Assembly (NCBI GenBank): GCA_043799545.1
Contig: JAZDNO010000002.1
Coordinates: 32,001-96,000 of the forward strand
Direction of reading: 5' to 3'
DNA: 64,000 nucleotides
Source of the DNA: Methanobacteriota archaeon
Lineage (GTDB): Archaea > Thermoplasmatota > Thermoplasmata > SG8-5 > DAIRED01
The notes below the pieces were generated by a model. It did not search any database, was not told the origin of the DNA, and saw nothing but the letters and a program-made list of their open reading frames with translations. Every line of letters starts with the position of its first letter. Position 1 is the stretch's first letter. The translations under genes and the position numbers were made by a program. Positions 17,793-27,136 of the stretch are shown here, piece by piece.

Positions 17793-20537
17793 TTATTTGC
17801 GTGGGGGAGACCGTACATATCTTCTCATTCCGAGGAAAAACGTGGATACAGCCACAGCTACGCAGATGACGCCAATGGCGACGACAAACTGCGTAGATAT
17901 AAATGGTTCCTTGGGTTCTGGCGGAGGCGGTGGAGGCGGTATACCAAAGTTGATTGTACCGGATGCTGAACCGAAATCGGGATGGCTGACAATAATATCC
18001 ACGGCGAACGTATGCATTTGTAAATAACTTGAATTGGCTCTAAACTCCAACACAGCGATTCCATCGGAATTTGTATCTGTGTCCCCAGAAATCGTCAGCC
18101 CAGCTTCGGATGGCACGGCTTCGACTGTCGCGCCTTCCACGGGATTGCCGACTTGATCTTTGACCGTGACCGTTATTTTCGTCGTTGTGCCAGGTTCCAG
18201 AACATCAGTCTCGACTTCTATTCTTAACCTTAGGAATGTTGCGCCTTCCTTTTTCACGATGATCACGCTGGCCTTCGACGGCGCCGGGTCGTAGTCTATC
18301 CCGATGCGTCCCTTCGTCGCCCCGAGAAGGCTTATCGCCACCTTCGTGTCGTTGCCCGCGTTCCGCGGAACATAAGGCGCGGTCCACTCGATCTTCGCCT
18401 GCCCGTTCCCCAGCGTTGTCGCGTTGCACTCGCGCAGCCCGTTTGCGAATGTGCCGTTGGCGCAACTCAGTTCAACCGTTGCACCTTCGACCAATGTACC
18501 ATTCTGGTCCTTCACGGTCACTATGATGTCACTCTCCGAAGCGGATGGGACTGGCGATTCGACCGACATCGTGGCCTTCAACCGATACTCGCCTGGCGGG
18601 TGGATGCCCATAATGGAGCGCCATGAGAAGATGGAACCTGTCGGGCCGACGGTCCAGTTGACGAAGCGGTCGGAACGGTAAGCCTCGATGTTAGTTTTGA
18701 AGTAGAGAACGTTGTACGGCTGGTCGTAGGCGATTGCGGCCTGGGCGTCCCTGATGGCTTTGTGCTTGACGGCTGTGTCGTTCGTGCTCCTGGCGAGGTC
18801 TAAAAGAGCGTCGAAAGATACATTCCTATACCCGGGATAATTCTGCCCCGATTCCGTATTGTCCGAGTGGAAGAAGGCGTACATGAAATCGGTCGGGTCA
18901 GAACCAATGCGCCATCCCATCTCAAACATGTCGAAGTTCCGCTGATCGACCCTGGTAACAATCGTGCCGAAATCAAGGGCGATGGATTCCGCGTTTATAC
19001 CGACGTTCTGCATCTGCGTCGCCATCATAATCCCAGGCTGCGCAGCTATCGGATCGTAATCGGCTGGCGGTGTGAGGATTTCGATTTTTCCACCGTCCCC
19101 ACTTCCTATCGGTGTACCGTCAGGGTTCTTCCACCAGTTTCCTCTTCCAGGGGGTTTTGTCGGGTCTGTGAGTTGATAGTCATCAGATGTTCCGTCAATT
19201 CCATCCGCCCCGTAATCGAGGGTTTCTTTCGCCTTCGTGATGTTGAATTCATATTGCGGTATGCTCTCGTTGAACCATTCAGTGTCGATTGCACTTATGG
19301 GTCCGTCAGCTGCTATGCCGAAGTTCTGGAGGATTCTTTCGACAATCTCCTTTTTGTTTATGCAATAAGCGATTGCCTGCCGCAAAGGCTTTCCGTAATC
19401 CCCTTTCGCAGGGTCGTTGTCCAGATAACCGAAAGACTTCTTCCGCATGTTGAATGCCAGGTATTTGAAACCTTTCTCAGCGGATTGTGAAATCCCGATA
19501 TTCTCATCGTTTATTAGGTCCGGCACGTACGTCGGCGGTATCGACCATGCGATGTAATCTACATCACCTTGTTGCAATGCCTGGACGGCCTGTTCGGCGG
19601 TTTTATAAATTTTAAAAACAATTGCGTCGATGTAGGGTTGCTGTCGGCTGAAATGCTCCCGCCATGTGTTTATCCGCGCCTGCTGCCCGGGCGTCCAGCT
19701 GTCGAACTTGAAAGGTCCGCTGCCGATGGCTTCTTTATTCTCGAACGCCAATGCTTTTGCCGTGCTCCAGCATCTCGGGTCTGTCGCAGGCAGGAACGGG
19801 TCCGCGTTGTCGTAGTCCTGCCCCCCGATTATGTTCGCCCAGATGTGCTGGGGGAGTATGAAAACCGATAGAGTGTTGCGGATGAAGTCTGCGAACGGTG
19901 TCTGGAGATAGAACCTCAGCGCCGCGATTTTGCCATCCGCGCTCTCGTAATATTTCTTCATACCGAGCCAGTGCGTGTCAGAATAGTTTGAACCTGCTTC
20001 TCCGCCCTTGTCCATCAAACACTTGACGCTGGCCGCCCAGTCAGGCTGGATTGCTTGGATGCCGAACGAGAACATGATGTCGTTGATGTCCATCTGATGC
20101 CCGTCGTGGAACTTGACGTTGGTGAAGTTGTAGTAAACAGTTATCTGACCCGCCTTAGCACTCGGTTCCCAGTCAGATTTGTTATCGAGATTGAATAGCG
20201 ACGATGTCGAATAATTCAGAGAGTGGATGGCTATATAAGGAATGAATTTCTCCGAATCGATGAGGTCGACGCTTAACGGGGTGTCATAGAGGTATCCCAG
20301 CACGTTCCACGTCCACACATCCCCAGCCACCAATGGATTCAGCGATTTCACATCGTCCTGCATCGCCACTCTCAAAACGATTTCCTCCCGCGTCCCCACG
20401 GTTGCGGGCAGGCCGTCGGGAGCGTCGTCCGCTACCTGGGAGGAGGCGATGGGCAATACACACGCCAGCAGCAGCGCGACCGCAATGATGCTGCCTACCC
20501 GCACACCGTACATGGACGAAAATCGATTGCGGAGCAT
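17793..20537 (-). CDS. ABC-type oligopeptide/nickel substrate-binding protein (family 5) with C-terminal Ig-like domains and TM anchor
   Basis: Signal peptide; SLNPL, KFHDGH, IGSGPFKF, LAFNMRK, LRQAIAYCIN and YPGYRNVSFDALL motifs; Pro-rich linker and C-terminal TM. Confidence 0.9.
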   Translation of the reverse strand: MLRNRFSSMYGVRVGSIIAVALLLACVLPIASSQVADDAPDGLPATVGTREEIVLRVAMQDDVKSLNPLVAGDVWTWNVLGYLYDTPLSVDLIDSEKFIPYIAIHSLNYSTSSLFNLDNKSDWEPSAKAGQITVYYNFTNVKFHDGHQMDINDIMFSFGIQAIQPDWAASVKCLMDKGGEAGSNYSDTHWLGMKKYYESADGKIAALRFYLQTPFADFIRNTLSVFILPQHIWANIIGGQDYDNADPFLPATDPRCWSTAKALAFENKEAIGSGPFKFDSWTPGQQARINTWREHFSRQQPYIDAIVFKIYKTAEQAVQALQQGDVDYIAWSIPPTYVPDLINDENIGISQSAEKGFKYLAFNMRKKSFGYLDNDPAKGDYGKPLRQAIAYCINKKEIVERILQNFGIAADGPISAIDTEWFNESIPQYEFNITKAKETLDYGADGIDGTSDDYQLTDPTKPPGRGNWWKNPDGTPIGSGDGGKIEILTPPADYDPIAAQPGIMMATQMQNVGINAESIALDFGTIVTRVDQRNFDMFEMGWRIGSDPTDFMYAFFHSDNTESGQNYPGYRNVSFDALLDLARSTNDTAVKHKAIRDAQAAIAYDQPYNVLYFKTNIEAYRSDRFVNWTVGPTGSIFSWRSIMGIHPPGEYRLKATMSVESPVPSASESDIIVTVKDQNGTLVEGATVELSCANGTFANGLRECNATTLGNGQAKIEWTAPYVPRNAGNDTKVAISLLGATKGRIGIDYDPAPSKASVIIVKKEGATFLRLRIEVETDVLEPGTTTKITVTVKDQVGNPVEGATVEAVPSEAGLTISGDTDTNSDGIAVLEFRANSSYLQMHTFAVDIIVSHPDFGSASGTINFGIPPPPPPPEPKEPFISTQFVVAIGVICVAVAVSTFFLGMRRYVRSPPRK

Positions 20538-20601
20538 ATAAAGAGATTGGTTCGCCGTTTTGTCGGATATTTAAGAAGTCCGGTAAGGGTTTTGTGGAGC
20601 G

Positions 20602-21126
20602 TCACTTCAACGGTTTTCCGAATTCTTCCGCGCTCGTTATCTCCGCCAGCGCCTTCCTCCGCTTCCCGACCAGCGCTCTCGTGAGGTCAATTTTCTCGCG
20701 CGGATAGCCCAATGCCAGCAGCGCGACGACGCCGTAATTCTCGGGTATCTTAAGCAGCGCCTTCACCGCCACTTCGTCGAAGCTGCCAATCCAGCATGTT
20801 CCCAAGCCTTCGCTCGTCGCCTGCAGGACCATCGTCTGCATCGCAATCGAGACGTCCACGGCGTTCCACTTCGGCGACTTCTTCCTGTCCCCGCAACCGA
20901 CGATTACGACCGGCGCCTCCTTCAGAAATCGCGCCCACTTGCCCTCCGCCAGCGCGGCGCGCTTCTCTTTATCGCGAACGACGATGAAGTGCCACGGCTG
21001 GTAGTTGGCGGCGGAGGGGGAAATCCTCGCGGACTCCAGAATCCTCTCCAAGACCTCATCCGGGACTGGCTCGTCCCCGTAGGCGCGCACCGACTTCCTA
21101 GTCATTATCGCGTCGAAAACTTCCAT
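20602..21126 (-). CDS. Nitroreductase family protein
   Basis: AIMTRKSVRAY, SPSAANYQPWHFIVV, DVSIA and GLGTCWIGSF motifs. Confidence 0.93.
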   Translation of the reverse strand: MEVFDAIMTRKSVRAYGDEPVPDEVLERILESARISPSAANYQPWHFIVVRDKEKRAALAEGKWARFLKEAPVVIVGCGDRKKSPKWNAVDVSIAMQTMVLQATSEGLGTCWIGSFDEVAVKALLKIPENYGVVALLALGYPREKIDLTRALVGKRRKALAEITSAEEFGKPLK

Positions 21127-21176
21127 GACTGCATCAAGGCGTGCGGACTATTTATCTCTTCCCGGACGGCTAGCGC

Positions 21177-21731
21177 TCACAATCCTCTGTTCCAGTACAG
21201 ATATAGCGCAATCGATATTATCCCCACAACTCCGGCCGCGGCCATCGCGACCCCTTCTGCCCCGTCCTTTGGAGTTGCCGCCTCCTCCTGCACGGGAGGC
21301 TCTGGCGTTTCCTCAACTATCGGAACCAGGATGCTGGCGTCGGTATGGTTGGCCTTCATCGCGCTCGCTATCACTGACATGCCGGCATAAGGCTCCACAG
21401 CAACTGAAAAGGCGAACCGCGCGACGCCGTTTTCATCCGTGGATTGCTTCGCGGCGTCAAACACGACCTCGCCCGACGAGAATGCGTAAACCGTGGCGTT
21501 CGCGACCGCCGTCCCGTTGAAATCCACGACCCGCAGAACCAGCACTCCCGTCGTGTTTGGACCGCCCACATCTGTGACCGAATCGACCGACATGGCCAAT
21601 TGGTTGTAGTCCACCGCCGGGGCGGTCGACCCCCTGGGCCATTCGAGCGACGCCGGCTTCGCGGAGCAGGACGCTGCCGCGGCTGCGATGATGAGTAGAA
21701 GGAGGAATGCCGCCAAACCCGAGCCGCGCAT
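21177..21731 (-). CDS. Exported protein with one Ig-like domain and C-terminal TM anchor
   Basis: Signal peptide, VLRVVD.NGTAVANATV and TDENGVARF Ig-like motifs, C-terminal hydrophobic helix. Confidence 0.7.
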   Translation of the reverse strand: MRGSGLAAFLLLLIIAAAAASCSAKPASLEWPRGSTAPAVDYNQLAMSVDSVTDVGGPNTTGVLVLRVVDFNGTAVANATVYAFSSGEVVFDAAKQSTDENGVARFAFSVAVEPYAGMSVIASAMKANHTDASILVPIVEETPEPPVQEEAATPKDGAEGVAMAAAGVVGIISIALYLYWNRGL

Positions 21732-21811
21732 GGGCTAACATTCCCGTCGAGAATATAAAAGCAGATTGGTAAACGGTTTTGTGAAGATTTGCCGGCGATC
21801 GGCATTCTGTA

Positions 21812-21855
21812 CAAATCCCAGCTTCAAATAAAAAACAAGTGGGGGCGCTGGGATT
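21812..21855. repeat. Outer att-like copy: tRNA-Trp 3'-end duplication (copy 1)
   Basis: AAGTGGGGGCGCTGGGATT (21837-21855) is identical to 42517-42535; preceded by CAAATCCCAGCTTCAAATA, nearly repeated 106 bp later. Confidence 0.85.
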
Positions 21856-21917
21856 CACGACCGCGCTCCGGCGCGGTCTGGTCGCAAAACTGCGGTTTTG
21901 CTCCTGAACCTCCGGTT

Positions 21918-21960
21918 CAAATCTCAGCTTCAAATAATAAATAAGTGGGGGCGCTGGGAT
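21918..21960. repeat. Inner att copy: tRNA-Trp 3'-end duplication (copy 2), left boundary of the element
   Basis: AAGTGGGGGCGCTGGGAT (21943-21960) is identical to 42517-42534. Confidence 0.88.
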
Positions 21961-21982
21961 ATTCACTTACTCAGTGTAGCCA

Positions 21983-22324
21983 GTGTATGGCGTCTGGTAC
22001 CACCCAAAAGCAGAATTACGCCAGAATTCCCCATTTTTTAACGTGCGAACAGCAGATGCGCACAGGGGGATACCCTTGACGGCTACGATTGATGACTTAG
22101 TAAAAGCACATAATACTTTAGAATCAATGATTAAAACCATGTCATCATGCACTCGACCAGTGCAATGCCATAACTGCCCTAAAAATGAAAGATGTGTTAA
22201 TGACCTGCACGGATTTGCAGTTAATCTTCAACTATCCATGCAAAACTACGCTCGGATGCACGAAATCGAGATTTCTGGCTACGACCTCGAACCGATACGC
22301 CCAAGCGGAGAGCCACCATGCTAG
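21983..22324 (+). CDS. Hypothetical protein with a Cys cluster (CTRPVQCHNCPKNERC), possible Zn binder
   Basis: 113-aa ORF starting 22 bp inside the att; overlaps the start of the next gene. Confidence 0.55.
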   Translation: MYGVWYHPKAELRQNSPFFNVRTADAHRGIPLTATIDDLVKAHNTLESMIKTMSSCTRPVQCHNCPKNERCVNDLHGFAVNLQLSMQNYARMHEIEISGYDLEPIRPSGEPPC

Positions 22325-24255
22325 TCACCATCGAACAAGTAAGAAAAATCATTAGCACCATTCCAATTCAACACCAGGACGACTGGAAATGGATTATCCA
22401 TTTTTGTGCTAAAGCAACCGATGATGAATTGGCTGACATTATCTACGATCTCCCGGTTCAGGATATTCAAGCAATCAATACGCGCATGATCAAAGGTAAG
22501 TATTTCGCCGAATTCGCCACAGTGATGAAGATAACATCGTCCTACGAGCGCAAGATACAGCAATTTCTCACGTTAGCACAGGAAACGCTAGAACATGCCG
22601 ACTTCTCGGGCATGGCCCTTAGAAAGCATATAAGGCGCATTTGCGCCTTGAAGATTCTAGCTATAAAGGATAAGAAAAAGAGGAAAATCCCAAAGGATGA
22701 CCTCATTAACACTGCCTGGGACTTGGAAAAGGCCGTATTATTGATTCCTAAGACTTTTCCCCAATGCCAATGGATTATCAACGGTAACAGAACGCCCGAG
22801 AAGATTAAATTCGCTCTGGGCGAACTCAAAGAGGAACTACAACGCTCCAGGATGCGCTTCTCGACCACCAGGAGAAGGTATTTCAGAAAGGCGATCTCCC
22901 TGAACTACGAAGCCATACTAAAGGAATTCCTGGACACCAAAGGACGTAACCTAAAGCTCCACAAAACACGCATCGACCGCCTGGTGATAGACGTTTACCA
23001 CCCCGAACTGATGACGTTCCATCCGGAGGTAATGTCCATCCTCTCCAGGAACGAAGCCGAGAGGAACGTAGAATTCGCCAAGTCCAGAATCATTCCACAA
23101 TCGAAAATTGACGCTCTGCGCAAAATCGAGGGAGAATTCACCGCAGAGGCCGATATCGATTCGATAACGAAACAATGGGAATCGGACCGCCAAGAACAGC
23201 TGGAAAAAGGCTTCGCCTCGAGGGGAAAGATTATTCAAAAGTATCCTTGGGGGAAAGTCGAATTCACTTACGAACCACACTCAATCGGGGCACCGATACG
23301 CTTACGCTTGATAACCAACGTCCAAAACTGCATTCGCCAGGAGCTATTCGACAGATATCCAGATAAAGAAGCCATGTACAAAGCTTCTAGCTGGGGCGGC
23401 AACAGTGAAATTAACTTCATACTGCCCCAGGACTACGATTACTATTATCAATCGGAACGCCCGAAATGCGACTGGCTTTACAGCAAGGCCAAAGAACTGT
23501 TCATGCAGCTTATCAAAGAAGCCCTGGACATGGCCGTTCAGAACCCAGACAAGCTCATTGTCTATGTATCCCAATTCGAAATATGCTGGGAAGAACCCCT
23601 TGAAAGAACCCACGCACTCAAACCGTTCACGAAACTCGAATATCCAGCACTATCAACCTACCTAAATGACAAAGCCGTAGAAATGAACGGTATTGGCAAC
23701 TACGTCAATTGCAAGATAGAAAACGGCAGACCGTCATTCTATTGCGATATCGCTTCGCTCGATCCTACAACGCCAGTCATGCAATATAAGATTTATCCTA
23801 AATTTCATATTGCTGGCAAGACCTACCTTCGACACGAACTGACGAATACTAAGTTCTCCAAATTAATCGACTCGTCGATAGACAGAGAACAAAGCGGGCT
23901 GAGTTATACGTTACTGAACGATCCAGAATTCGCTCGAAAGACATTCGAGGAAATCTTCTGGCTCGAAACGTATAACCATCGAGGAGACGGTTATAACCGC
24001 AGATACTCCCAGGACACAAGCGACGAAGCTCAACTGAACTTCTTTGCCACTCTCACGGCCAAGGCCGTGTTCAATCAATCCTACCTGTCCAGGACAGGAG
24101 ATATGATTCAACTTATGAGAACTGGCAGATGCCCCAAAACAATCCGGGGCAGGCCAAGGAGAACAATGGAGGAACTAGGTATAATCTCCAAGCAAAATAG
24201 AGGAAACTATCTTGCTACTCAACTATACCTCAAATACGCAAATGGAAACGGGTAG
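22318..24255 (+). CDS. 645-aa hypothetical protein; possible replication initiator (Rep_trans-like motifs, weak)
   Basis: Long ORF is certain. The function call rests only on TRIDRLVID, VYVSQFEICWE and QYKIYPK...YLRHELT resembling R.D / K.Y.K...LR.E initiator motifs, a basic wHTH-like C-terminus, and a hairpin-rich non-coding region that follows. Confidence 0.4.
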   Translation: MLVTIEQVRKIISTIPIQHQDDWKWIIHFCAKATDDELADIIYDLPVQDIQAINTRMIKGKYFAEFATVMKITSSYERKIQQFLTLAQETLEHADFSGMALRKHIRRICALKILAIKDKKKRKIPKDDLINTAWDLEKAVLLIPKTFPQCQWIINGNRTPEKIKFALGELKEELQRSRMRFSTTRRRYFRKAISLNYEAILKEFLDTKGRNLKLHKTRIDRLVIDVYHPELMTFHPEVMSILSRNEAERNVEFAKSRIIPQSKIDALRKIEGEFTAEADIDSITKQWESDRQEQLEKGFASRGKIIQKYPWGKVEFTYEPHSIGAPIRLRLITNVQNCIRQELFDRYPDKEAMYKASSWGGNSEINFILPQDYDYYYQSERPKCDWLYSKAKELFMQLIKEALDMAVQNPDKLIVYVSQFEICWEEPLERTHALKPFTKLEYPALSTYLNDKAVEMNGIGNYVNCKIENGRPSFYCDIASLDPTTPVMQYKIYPKFHIAGKTYLRHELTNTKFSKLIDSSIDREQSGLSYTLLNDPEFARKTFEEIFWLETYNHRGDGYNRRYSQDTSDEAQLNFFATLTAKAVFNQSYLSRTGDMIQLMRTGRCPKTIRGRPRRTMEELGIISKQNRGNYLATQLYLKYANGNG

Positions 24256-25538
24256 ATACAAACACCATAGACAACCATCGCCAGCCCAGGCTACGCCGTT
24301 GGGCAGCTAAATGGTTTATATGGAAAGGTCTGCTCGACCATAGCAATCAGTTTAAACGCAGGCCATTTCTTCAAAATGGCATACACAATCAGACTTGAAT
24401 CAAGTCCGATTGACAGCTTAACTAGATAACCGTCAGCACTTGACGGCTCGCCGGGCTGCGCCTCGGCTCGCCTCGAGATTAGAGGCGTTCCCGGCCTTTC
24501 GGCACAGTTTGGGGGCTTGCTGAGCAGCCCCACAAATCTTGGGCGCTACGCCCCCAACGCCCTACACCTATGGTGATGGGCTAAGGCCACCTTCCAGGTG
24601 GCTCAAAGGATTTGCTGGGGAACGTCCATATGGCGAAAATGATTTTCTACCTATGGTGGACCGTAATCCCACGTTGGATACCAACAATACAGAAGCACAC
24701 GTCTGAAATAACGTATAATGACGGACTTTCATAAAAGCCCCTCTTTAATGTTCCCGACTACTCTAGTTTGCCAGACAAAAAGCTTACTCATATCTATCAA
24801 TATGAGCCAAGATGCACTTAAATTCAATCATTACACTACGCTGCATTCATTCATAAGAGTTTATCACGGCGAATAAGAGACGATCAAAGTAAGCATTTGT
24901 CAAAGGCTAAGACAGTAATCTAGGAACGTTCAATCGAATAGGCTCTAAAAAGCCCATTCTAACTTATATTCAGACGTTTTAATGCTTCATGAATGGTAAC
25001 CAGGATAAGGATTACGTCCTTATGTGGCCTCTCGGCGGAGCCTTCGGCCATCCACATATGACATGCAATCGGTGAAAAATCTCCACGGCTACAGCTTAAG
25101 GACAGAAACTCAATCCTAACTATAGCCATCCAGCCGTAGTATTTTTAACTATACAACTGTGGCAATCCTATTTACGCAATTTCAGAACTTATGGCCTTCG
25201 GTACCCTCGGGCCAGATAATCATTTCCGGTTCCGGAAAAGATTTCAATGATGCTCAATGGAACGTATCAGGGAAGGCGATTACCGGAAATGTTATCAGGC
25301 CACGGCCATGCCGACCTTCTCCATTTCAGCCTATGCTCGAAGGTCCCACACTGTCAAAATTTCCTTGCCGTCTTTTCGGTCATTCCAGCACCCCCGATGG
25401 AATCGAGGTGCAGTAATGACACCATTGGTTAGGCCGTCCGGGGCGAATGACCGGAGAAGCGTGATAACATCCGAGCCGGGATGGGAATACTCCCATGCCT
25501 TTAAAATAAGGGAATTCAGCGACCAGGGGGTATTCTGA

Positions 25539-25832
25539 ATGAGTCCTCCCGTCTGGTTCAAGACACTCGACCACCTGGCAAGTGTGCCTGGGAATGGGTA
25601 CACGGACTTGACCGCTCCGAGAGGATGTAACCAGGACGGCATCGCTGCGGCCCTGGGGATAACCAGGGCGCACGTTGCACTGAATCTGAAGAACCTTGTC
25701 AATCGCGAGCTCGTGATGGTGCGTTTGCTACATGTTCCCGGTAAAAACCGGAAGGTCAGGACGTACCAGCTAACGTTTTACGGTTACAAATTCCTCCACG
25801 AGCTTCACACCAGGCGTGGTCAGGAGGTGTGA
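25539..25832 (+). CDS. Winged helix-turn-helix DNA-binding protein
   Basis: NQDGIAAALGITRAHVALNLKNL helix-turn-helix plus RKVRTYQLTFYG wing. Confidence 0.8.
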   Translation: MSPPVWFKTLDHLASVPGNGYTDLTAPRGCNQDGIAAALGITRAHVALNLKNLVNRELVMVRLLHVPGKNRKVRTYQLTFYGYKFLHELHTRRGQEV

Positions 25833-25835
25833 GCG

Positions 25836-25997
25836 ATGTGCCGGTACGATAGGGGCTTCAACAAGGGCTTCATGTGGGCGATGCGCCACAGCGCCGAGGA
25901 GGTCGGGAGGTACCTGGCCTCCCGGCGAGCGAGACCGAAAAGGTCGTACTGGAAGGGGTACATGGACGGGGTGAGAGCTACGGAGAGGGAGGGATGA
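25836..25997 (+). CDS. 53-aa hypothetical protein, missed by the ORF track
   Basis: Manual translation MCRYDRGFNKGFMWAMRHSAEEVGRYLASRRARPKRSYWKGYMDGVRATEREG; GGAGGTG SD; Y..G(F/Y)..G repeats typical of small viral/plasmid proteins. Confidence 0.55.
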   Translation: MCRYDRGFNKGFMWAMRHSAEEVGRYLASRRARPKRSYWKGYMDGVRATEREG

Positions 25998-26437
25998 GAT
26001 AATGCTTCTGGCTTATCCGATTAAATTCTTGTCTGGTAGTATGACCATGATACTATTATGTATTGTGATGATTATATGGGATATGATGATAATATGATGC
26101 GAAGGCAAGCTCTGTCAGAGTTACCAATCATAAATATTCGGTTTATAGGAGGGTATTATTAATGGAAAAATGGGAGTCAAAAAGAAAAATATTAATTTTT
26201 TATAGTTATTCCCATCTTGATAAATATGATGTTGGAAAATTAAAAAGTATACTTGAAATGCATGGATTTGCTGGGTTTTTAGCCCATGAAGATATTCAAC
26301 CATCGAGAGTATGGGAACAAGAAATTTGTGAGGCTATTCAATATTCTGATATCTTCATACCCTTTCTCACGAATAACTTTAAAACGTCCACATGGACTGA
26401 TCAAGAATGTGGGATGGCCATGGCTCAAAATAAAAAG

Positions 26438-27136
26438 CTAATGAGTGCTCCCAAGGCTAAAGCCTTGGGTATCCTCATCAGTTAGCTGGAGTAATCGTTC
26501 AGAGACCTTTGAGGAGTCATAATTTCAGGCATCATCTTACTGGGCCATGCCCTTGTCGGCGCATTGTCTGGGTGGTGCTTTTTCTGGGATGATTCGATGT
26601 AATGTTTGATGGTCTCCTCGTTCACTTCGCTGATTGGTCGAAAGAACTTGCCAGCGGACCATAGATGGCACCGGCTGTAGCCATCCAATTCGGGGAAGAC
26701 AAGTCTCAACTCTCTGGAACTGCAGCCCTTCAGATATTGTATCACCTGGCTAATCGCCTGGGAAGGGCGGATATTCAAGAACAAGTGTACGTGGTCTTCC
26801 ATTATTTCGTAAGCCTTGATTTCAAATCCGTGCCTCTCTGCAATCGCAAAGAATATAGCGGCCAATCGCCCTTTAATGTCTGCTCGGGCAAACATCTTAG
26901 AACGTTTGTAGGGCACAAGCACCACATGGTACTGGCAACATCCATAGGCATGGCTGAATGATCTGGCGGGATCCATTTGTGTCATACTCCTGGCGGTTCC
27001 AAGGCGCGCCGCGAAGCGGCGCGCGCCGTCAAAACGCCAGTATCGCGTGTATGGCTAAAAAGATGCCCCGGGTTAGCCGGTGCTTGCTCGCCCTACATCC
27101 CCAACCTAAAGGTTGCGGTATTAGGGCTAGGTCAGC
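26438..27136 (-). mobile_element. IS200/IS605-family insertion sequence (tnpA only, 699 bp)
   Basis: Y1 transposase flanked by subterminal hairpins CCCAAGGC-TAAA-GCCTTGGG and CAACC-TAAA-GGTTG; CTAAT occurs at both junctions (26438-26442 and 27137-27141). Confidence 0.9.
26482..26985 (-). CDS. tnpA: IS200-family Y1 (HUH) transposase
   Basis: YHVVLVPYKR, EDHVHLFL (HUH), YLKGCSSRELR, LWSAGKF and HYIESSQ (catalytic Tyr) motifs. Confidence 0.93.
   Translation of the reverse strand: MTQMDPARSFSHAYGCCQYHVVLVPYKRSKMFARADIKGRLAAIFFAIAERHGFEIKAYEIMEDHVHLFLNIRPSQAISQVIQYLKGCSSRELRLVFPELDGYSRCHLWSAGKFFRPISEVNEETIKHYIESSQKKHHPDNAPTRAWPSKMMPEIMTPQRSLNDYSS

Noticed and set aside
21812-21960. Mini CRISPR array
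   Set aside because: Only two copies, derived from the tRNA-Trp 3' end, and no cas genes.
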